A stretch of DNA of 64,000 bases, taken from assembly GCA_963775575.1 (NCBI GenBank), contig CAVZJG010000003.1:492963-556962 (forward strand). The letters run 5' to 3'. The notes under the pieces were generated by a model. It was not told the origin of the DNA. It worked only from the letters and a program-made list of their open reading frames with translations, and made no database searches. Numbering within the stretch: position 1 is the stretch's first letter; each line of letters starts with the position of its first letter. The position numbers and the translations under genes are program-made. Source of the stretch: an uncultured Alphaproteobacteria bacterium (GTDB taxonomy: Bacteria; Pseudomonadota; Alphaproteobacteria; Rhizobiales; Beijerinckiaceae). Positions 59,281-64,000 of the stretch are shown here, piece by piece.

Positions 59281-60246
59281 ATGCCGACAGTTCCCTTCCC
59301 GTCCGAGGCCTTCGCCCGCGGCGCGCGCATGTTGCGCACCGCGCTTGGACCGGCGATCGCCGGCTATCTCGAAGACCCTGGGATTGTCGAGGTGATGCTC
59401 AATCCCGATGGCCGGCTCTGGATCGACCGGCTGTCGGGCGGATTGGAAGATACCGGTCGCCGCGTTGCGCCCGCTGACGCCGAGCGGATCGTCCGGCTCG
59501 TCGCCCATCATGTCGGCGTCGAAGTGCATCCCGGCTCTCCCCGCGTTTCCGCCGAGCTGCCGGAAAGCGGCGAGCGGTTCGAGGGCCTCGTGCCTCCGGT
59601 TGCCGCGGCGCCGTGCTTCGCCATTCGTCGTCCGGCCGTCGCCGTGTTCACGCTTCATGATTATGTCGAGGCCGGCGTCATGTCCGGCGCGCAGGCGGAG
59701 TTGCTGCGTGTCGCGGTCCGAGAACGCAAGAACATTCTCGTCGCCGGCGGCACATCGACCGGGAAGACCACCCTGGTCAATGCGCTCCTCGCCGAGGTCG
59801 CCAAGACCGGCGACCGCGTGGTGCTGATCGAGGATACCCGCGAGTTGCAATGCGCCGCGCCGAACCTCGTGGCGCTGCGCACCAAGGACGGCGCCGCCTC
59901 GCTTTCCGATCTCGTGCGCTCCGCGCTTCGCCTCCGGCCCGACCGCATCCCCATCGGCGAGGTTCGCGGCGCCGAGGCGCTCGATCTTCTGAAGGCCTGG
60001 GGCACCGGCCATCCCGGCGGCGTCGGCACGCTGCACGCCGGTTCCGCGATCGGAGCGCTCCGACGGCTCGAGCAACTCATCCAGGAAGCGGTCGTCACCG
60101 TCCCGCGCGCGCTGATCGCCGAGACCATCGACCTGATCGCCGTCCTTGTCGGCCGCGGCTCGGCCCGCAGGCTCGCCGAACTCGCCGCGGTGACGGGTCT
60201 CGGCCCGACCGGCGACTACGTCCTCACCCCAGCAGGAGAACCGTGA
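59281..60246 (+). CDS. trbB: P-type conjugative transfer ATPase TrbB (VirB11-like)
   Basis: [13 protein letters not shown] (Walker A), [23 protein letters not shown]. Confidence 0.93.
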   Translation: MPTVPFPSEAFARGARMLRTALGPAIAGYLEDPGIVEVMLNPDGRLWIDRLSGGLEDTGRRVAPADAERIVRLVAHHVGVEVHPGSPRVSAELPESGERFEGLVPPVAAAPCFAIRRPAVAVFTLHDYVEAGVMSGAQAELLRVAVRERKNILVAGGTSTGKTTLVNALLAEVAKTGDRVVLIEDTRELQCAAPNLVALRTKDGAASLSDLVRSALRLRPDRIPIGEVRGAEALDLLKAWGTGHPGGVGTLHAGSAIGALRRLEQLIQEAVVTVPRALIAETIDLIAVLVGRGSARRLAELAAVTGLGPTGDYVLTPAGEP

Positions 60247-60572
60247 TGCCGCCGTTTCAAACTCTACGTTATCGCGTCGCGACGGCCTGCGCCTTCGCCT
60301 TCTTCGCCCTCGCCACGGCGCCCGCCTGCGCCGCCGGCTCCAACATGCCCTGGGAGCAGCCGCTCAACCAGATCCTGGAATCCATCCAGGGCCCGGTCGC
60401 CAAAGTCATGTCGGTGATCGTCATCATCGTCACCGGCCTGGCGCTCGCCTTCGGCAAATCCTCCGGCGGGTTCCGGCGGCTGATCCAGATCGTCTTCGGC
60501 CTGTCGATCGCCTTCGCCGCGTCGAGCTTCTTTTTGTCGTTCTTCTCCTTCTCCGGCGGAGCGTTGATCTGA
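60246..60572 (+). CDS. trbC: TrbC/VirB2 pilin
   Basis: 108 aa with a signal peptide and two TM segments. ATG overlaps the trbB stop. Confidence 0.85.
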   Translation: MPPFQTLRYRVATACAFAFFALATAPACAAGSNMPWEQPLNQILESIQGPVAKVMSVIVIIVTGLALAFGKSSGGFRRLIQIVFGLSIAFAASSFFLSFFSFSGGALI

Positions 60573-60841
60573 TGGATCAGGCTGAGCCCGTCATCGGATT
60601 CTACGCGCCCGTCCACCGCGCGCTGACCGAGCCGATCCTGTTAGGGGGCGCGCCGCGCGCCGTGGCGATCCTCAACGGCACGCTCGCCGCCGCCGTTGGT
60701 TTGGGCCTCCGCCTCTGGATCGTCGGCGCCGTCATCTGGCTGATCGGCCATCTCGCGGCGGTCTGGGCCGCCAAGCGCGATGCCGCCTTCGTCGACGTGG
60801 TGCGCCGGCACCTGCGCTACCCCCAGCACATGATTGCATGA
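60572..60841 (+). CDS. trbD: TrbD/VirB3
   Basis: 89 aa, PVHRALTEPILLGGAPR. ATG overlaps the trbC stop. Confidence 0.85.
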   Translation: MDQAEPVIGFYAPVHRALTEPILLGGAPRAVAILNGTLAAAVGLGLRLWIVGAVIWLIGHLAAVWAAKRDAAFVDVVRRHLRYPQHMIA

Positions 60842-60851
60842 GGGGCCGCCG

Positions 60852-63287
60852 ATGATGAACCTCGCCGAATATCGCCGCCGGTCACAGACCCTCGCCGACT
60901 TCCTGCCCTGGGCGGCGCTGGTCGAGAAGGGCGTCATCCTCAACAAGGACGGTTCGTTCCAGCGCACGGCTCGGTTCCGCGGTCCTGATTTGGACTCGGC
61001 GACGCCCGCCGAGCTCGTCGCGATCACCGGGCGGCTCAACAACGCCCTGCGTCGCCTGGGATCCGGCTGGGCGATTTTCATCGAGGCGCAGCGTCAGCCT
61101 GCCAACATTTATCCGCGCAACCAATTTCCGGACGCCGCCTCTGGCCTCGTCGATGCGGAGCGCCGCGCTCAGTTCGAAGAAGAAGGCGCGCATTTCGAGA
61201 GCGGGTATTTCCTGACGCTGCTCTGGCTCCCGCCCGCCGAGGACGCCTCGAGGGCCGAGAGCTGGCTCTATGAGGGCCGCTCGCGCGATCGCGCCGACTG
61301 GCGCATGGCGCTCGATGGCTTCATCGACCGAACGAATCGCGTGCTGGCGTTGATCGAGGGCTTCATGCCCGAGGCCGACTGGCTCGACGATGCCGACACG
61401 CTGACCTATCTCCATTCCTGCGTCTCGACCCGCCGCCAGCGCGTGCGAATCCCTGAGACGCCGATGCATCTCGACGCCATCCTCACCGACGAGGAACTGA
61501 CCGGCGGTCTCGAGCCGAGGCTCGGCCGCATGCATCTGCGCACGCTCACCATCATGGGATTCCCTTCGCAGACCTGGCCCGGCCTGCTCGACGAACTCAA
61601 CCGGCTCGCCTTCCCCTATCGCTGGTCGACGCGCGCGATCTGTCTCGACAAGACCGACGCGGCTAAGGCGCTCGCCCGCATCCGTCGCCAGTGGTTCGCC
61701 AAGCGCAAGTCGATCATGGCGATCCTGAAGGAGGTGATGACCAACGAGGCGTCGGTGCTGATGGACAGCGACGCCGCCAACAAGGCGCTCGACGCCGACG
61801 CCGCGCTCCAGGAGCTGGGCTCGGACTTGGTCGGGCAGGCCTATGTCACCGCGACCGTAACCGTCTGGGACGAGGACCCCAACATCGCCGACGATCGCCT
61901 GCGCCTGGTGGAGAAATCCGTTCAAGGCCGCGACTTCACCTGCATGCGCGAGACGGTCAACGCGATCGAAGCGTGGCTCGGCAGCCTGCCGGGTCACGTC
62001 TACGCCAATGTCCGCCAGCCGCCGATCTCGACCCTCAATCTCGCGCATATGATGCCGTTCTCGGCAGTCTGGGCCGGGCCGGAACGGGACGAGCATTTCC
62101 AGGCGCCGCCGCTGTTCTTCGCGCAGACGGAAGGCTCGACGCCGTTCCGGTTTTCCCTGCATGTCGGCGATGTCGGCCACACGCTGATCGTCGGTCCGAC
62201 GGGCGCGGGAAAAAGCGTGCTGCTCGCGCTGATGGCGCTGCAGTTCCGCCGCTATGCGGGCGCTCAAGTTTTCGCGTTCGACTTCGGCGGCAGCATCAGG
62301 GCCGCCGCGCTTGCCATGGGCGGCGACTGGCACGATCTCGGCGGCGCGCTCGGCGACGATATCGCCGAGCCCGCAGCTCTCCAGCCGCTCGTTCGCATCG
62401 ACGGCGCGAGCGAGCGCGCCTGGGCGGCCGAGTGGATCGCGACGCTGCTCGCCCGCGAGGCCGTGTCGATCACGCCCGAACTCAAGGAGCATCTGTGGTC
62501 GGCGCTGACTTCGCTAGCCTCCGCCCCCGTCGCGGAGCGGACGATCACCGGCCTGTCGGTGCTCCTGCAGTCGAACGCCCTGAAGCAGGCCTTGCAGCCC
62601 TATACGATCGGCGGGCCCTGGGGACGATTGCTGGATGCCGAGACCGAGCGCCTCGGCGAGGCCGACGTCCAGGCATTCGAGACAGAGGGCCTCATTGGCG
62701 CCAGCGCCGCGCCGGCGGTTCTTTCCTATCTCTTCCACCGTATCGAGGACCGCTTCGATGGGCGCCCCACCCTGCTCATCATCGACGAGGGCTGGCTCGC
62801 CCTCGACGATCGCGGCTTCGCCGGCCAGCTTCGCGAATGGTTGAAGACGCTACGTAAGAAGAACGCCAGCGTCATCTTCGCCACCCAGTCGCTCGCTGAC
62901 ATCGACGGCAGCGCCATCGCGCCCGCCATCATCGAGAGCTGTCCCACACGCGTGTTCCTGCCCAACGAGCGTGCGCTCGAACCCCAGATCGCGACCATCT
63001 ACCGCCGCTTCGGCCTGAACGATCGTCAGATCGAAATCCTCAGCCGTTCGACGCCCAAGCGCGATTACTACTGCCAGTCGCGTCACGGCAATCGCCTGTT
63101 CGAACTCGGCTTGAGCGAGGTCGCGCTGGCCTTCACCGCCGCCTCTTCCAAGACCGACCAGACGGCCATCGCCGAGACGATCGCGGCACACGGTCGTGAG
63201 GGATTCGCCGCCGCATGGCTGCGCGGCAAGGGCCTCGATTGGGCCGCCGAAATGCTCGTCAACCGCAGTGAGGAGATTTCCGGATGA
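60852..63287 (+). CDS. trbE: TrbE/VirB4 ATPase
   Basis: HTLIVGPTGAGKSVL (Walker A), LLIIDEGW (Walker B). Start MMNLAEY. Confidence 0.93.
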   Translation: MMNLAEYRRRSQTLADFLPWAALVEKGVILNKDGSFQRTARFRGPDLDSATPAELVAITGRLNNALRRLGSGWAIFIEAQRQPANIYPRNQFPDAASGLVDAERRAQFEEEGAHFESGYFLTLLWLPPAEDASRAESWLYEGRSRDRADWRMALDGFIDRTNRVLALIEGFMPEADWLDDADTLTYLHSCVSTRRQRVRIPETPMHLDAILTDEELTGGLEPRLGRMHLRTLTIMGFPSQTWPGLLDELNRLAFPYRWSTRAICLDKTDAAKALARIRRQWFAKRKSIMAILKEVMTNEASVLMDSDAANKALDADAALQELGSDLVGQAYVTATVTVWDEDPNIADDRLRLVEKSVQGRDFTCMRETVNAIEAWLGSLPGHVYANVRQPPISTLNLAHMMPFSAVWAGPERDEHFQAPPLFFAQTEGSTPFRFSLHVGDVGHTLIVGPTGAGKSVLLALMALQFRRYAGAQVFAFDFGGSIRAAALAMGGDWHDLGGALGDDIAEPAALQPLVRIDGASERAWAAEWIATLLAREAVSITPELKEHLWSALTSLASAPVAERTITGLSVLLQSNALKQALQPYTIGGPWGRLLDAETERLGEADVQAFETEGLIGASAAPAVLSYLFHRIEDRFDGRPTLLIIDEGWLALDDRGFAGQLREWLKTLRKKNASVIFATQSLADIDGSAIAPAIIESCPTRVFLPNERALEPQIATIYRRFGLNDRQIEILSRSTPKRDYYCQSRHGNRLFELGLSEVALAFTAASSKTDQTAIAETIAAHGREGFAAAWLRGKGLDWAAEMLVNRSEEISG

Positions 63288-64000
63288 ACGCTCGTCGCCT
63301 TCGCGCGGCGCTCGCCGCAAGCGTCGCCTTGACGCTCGCGACCGCCGCGGTCCCCGCCCGCGCGCAAGTGATCGTCTACGATCCCAGCAATTTCTCGCAG
63401 AACGTGCTCACCGCCGCGCGGGCTCTGCAGCAGGTCAACAACCAGATCCAGAGCCTGGAGAACCAGGCCAACATGCTCATCAATCAGGCCAAGAACCTGG
63501 CGAGCCTGCCGTATTCGTCGCTCTCCCAGCTCGAGCAGTCGATCAACCAGACGGAGCAGCTCCTCACCCAGGCCCAGCGCATCGCCTACAACGTGACAAC
63601 GATCAATCAGGCATTCACGCAGACCTATCCGCAGAGCTATTCCAGCTCGACCTCCTCGCAGCAGCTCCTCGCCGGCGCTGAGACGCGTTGGCAAAACTCG
63701 CTCGCCGGCTTCCAGGACGCCATGCGCGTGCAGGCCGGCGTGGTGCAGAACCTCAACAGCACCAGCACGCAGATCCAAGCGCTGATCACCTCGAGCCAAT
63801 CGGCCTCGGGGGCGCTCCAGGCTGCCCAGTCCGGCAACCAGCTCGTCGCGCTCCAGACCCGGCAGCTTGCGGATCTAACCGCCGTCATGGCGGCGATCTC
63901 GCGCGCCCAGAGCCTTGAAGGCGCCCGCAATGTCGCGAACCAGGCGCAGGCGCAGCAGCAGCTCACCAGTTTTCTCAGCTACGGCCAGAGCTACCAGCCC
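63284..64000 (+). CDS. trbJ: TrbJ/VirB5-like protein (partial, runs off the window)
   Basis: MNARRLRAALAASVALTLATAAVPARAQVIVYDPSNFSQNVLTAARALQQVNNQIQSLENQ. ATG overlaps the trbE stop (ATGA). Confidence 0.85.
   Translation, partial: MNARRLRAALAASVALTLATAAVPARAQVIVYDPSNFSQNVLTAARALQQVNNQIQSLENQANMLINQAKNLASLPYSSLSQLEQSINQTEQLLTQAQRIAYNVTTINQAFTQTYPQSYSSSTSSQQLLAGAETRWQNSLAGFQDAMRVQAGVVQNLNSTSTQIQALITSSQSASGALQAAQSGNQLVALQTRQLADLTAVMAAISRAQSLEGARNVANQAQAQQQLTSFLSYGQSYQP

Larger units (their letters stand above)
29306..64000 (+). mobile_element. integrative conjugative element (partial, continues beyond the window), dusA-inserted, Tn4371/ICEMlSymR7A-like backbone
   Basis: A tyrosine integrase abuts the dusA 5' end, followed by maintenance, regulation, Dtr and MPF-T (trb) genes. 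The true att junction is expected inside the first dusA codons rather than at 29306. Confidence 0.85.

Overview
High-GC chromosomal window, probably from an alphaproteobacterium (Hyphomicrobiales-like, judged from gene content only).

**Backbone, 1-29.3 kb.** Orphan vapB; a TPP-riboswitch-controlled thiC-thiS-thiG-thiE-thiD operon; a SixA-like phosphatase; alaS; recA; a PAS-GGDEF cyclase; two tandem GT-C-like membrane paralogs; DUF1772; cobS; DUF1289; a retropepsin-like protease; dusA.

**Lower-GC insertions in the backbone.**
- A 3.9-kb IS1-family element with passenger genes, perfect 25-bp IRs and an 8-bp TSD, 7 bp upstream of the putative thi -35 box.
- An IS nest upstream of recA: an IS1595-family (ISNwi1-like) element with passengers and an 8-bp TSD, an IS66-family (ISBst12-like) element with an 8-bp TSD, and a decayed second copy of the passenger module.
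- A decayed plasmid-like patch: resolvase stub, truncated parE, intact antitoxin.

**ICE, 29.3-64 kb.** The integrase-proximal ~35 kb of an integrative conjugative element inserted at the 5' end of dusA. It has a Tn4371/ICEMlSymR7A-like backbone: int, AbiE, ardC (pseudogene), parB-like, methylase-helicase, toprim, DUF2493, DUF736, a QseC/QseM/FseA-like switch, RDF-like HTH, repA, parA, traF, lytic transglycosylase, relaxase, traG, trbBCDEJ. It runs off the right edge.

**Best leads for something undescribed.**
1. A head-to-head pair, present twice, of an Rx4H (HEPN-like) protein and a tiny basic protein, travelling as an IS passenger.
2. A solitary HipA-family kinase fused to an AbiEi-like N-terminal domain, with its own palindromic operators, between relaxase and traG.
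3. A covarying hairpin repeated directly upstream of three ICE genes.
4. An FseA-type +1 frameshift site.
5. A REP-like element inserted in frame in thiD.
6. A multi-hairpin ~330-bp repeat family with compensatory substitutions.

All homology calls come from reading motifs by eye. No database search was run.
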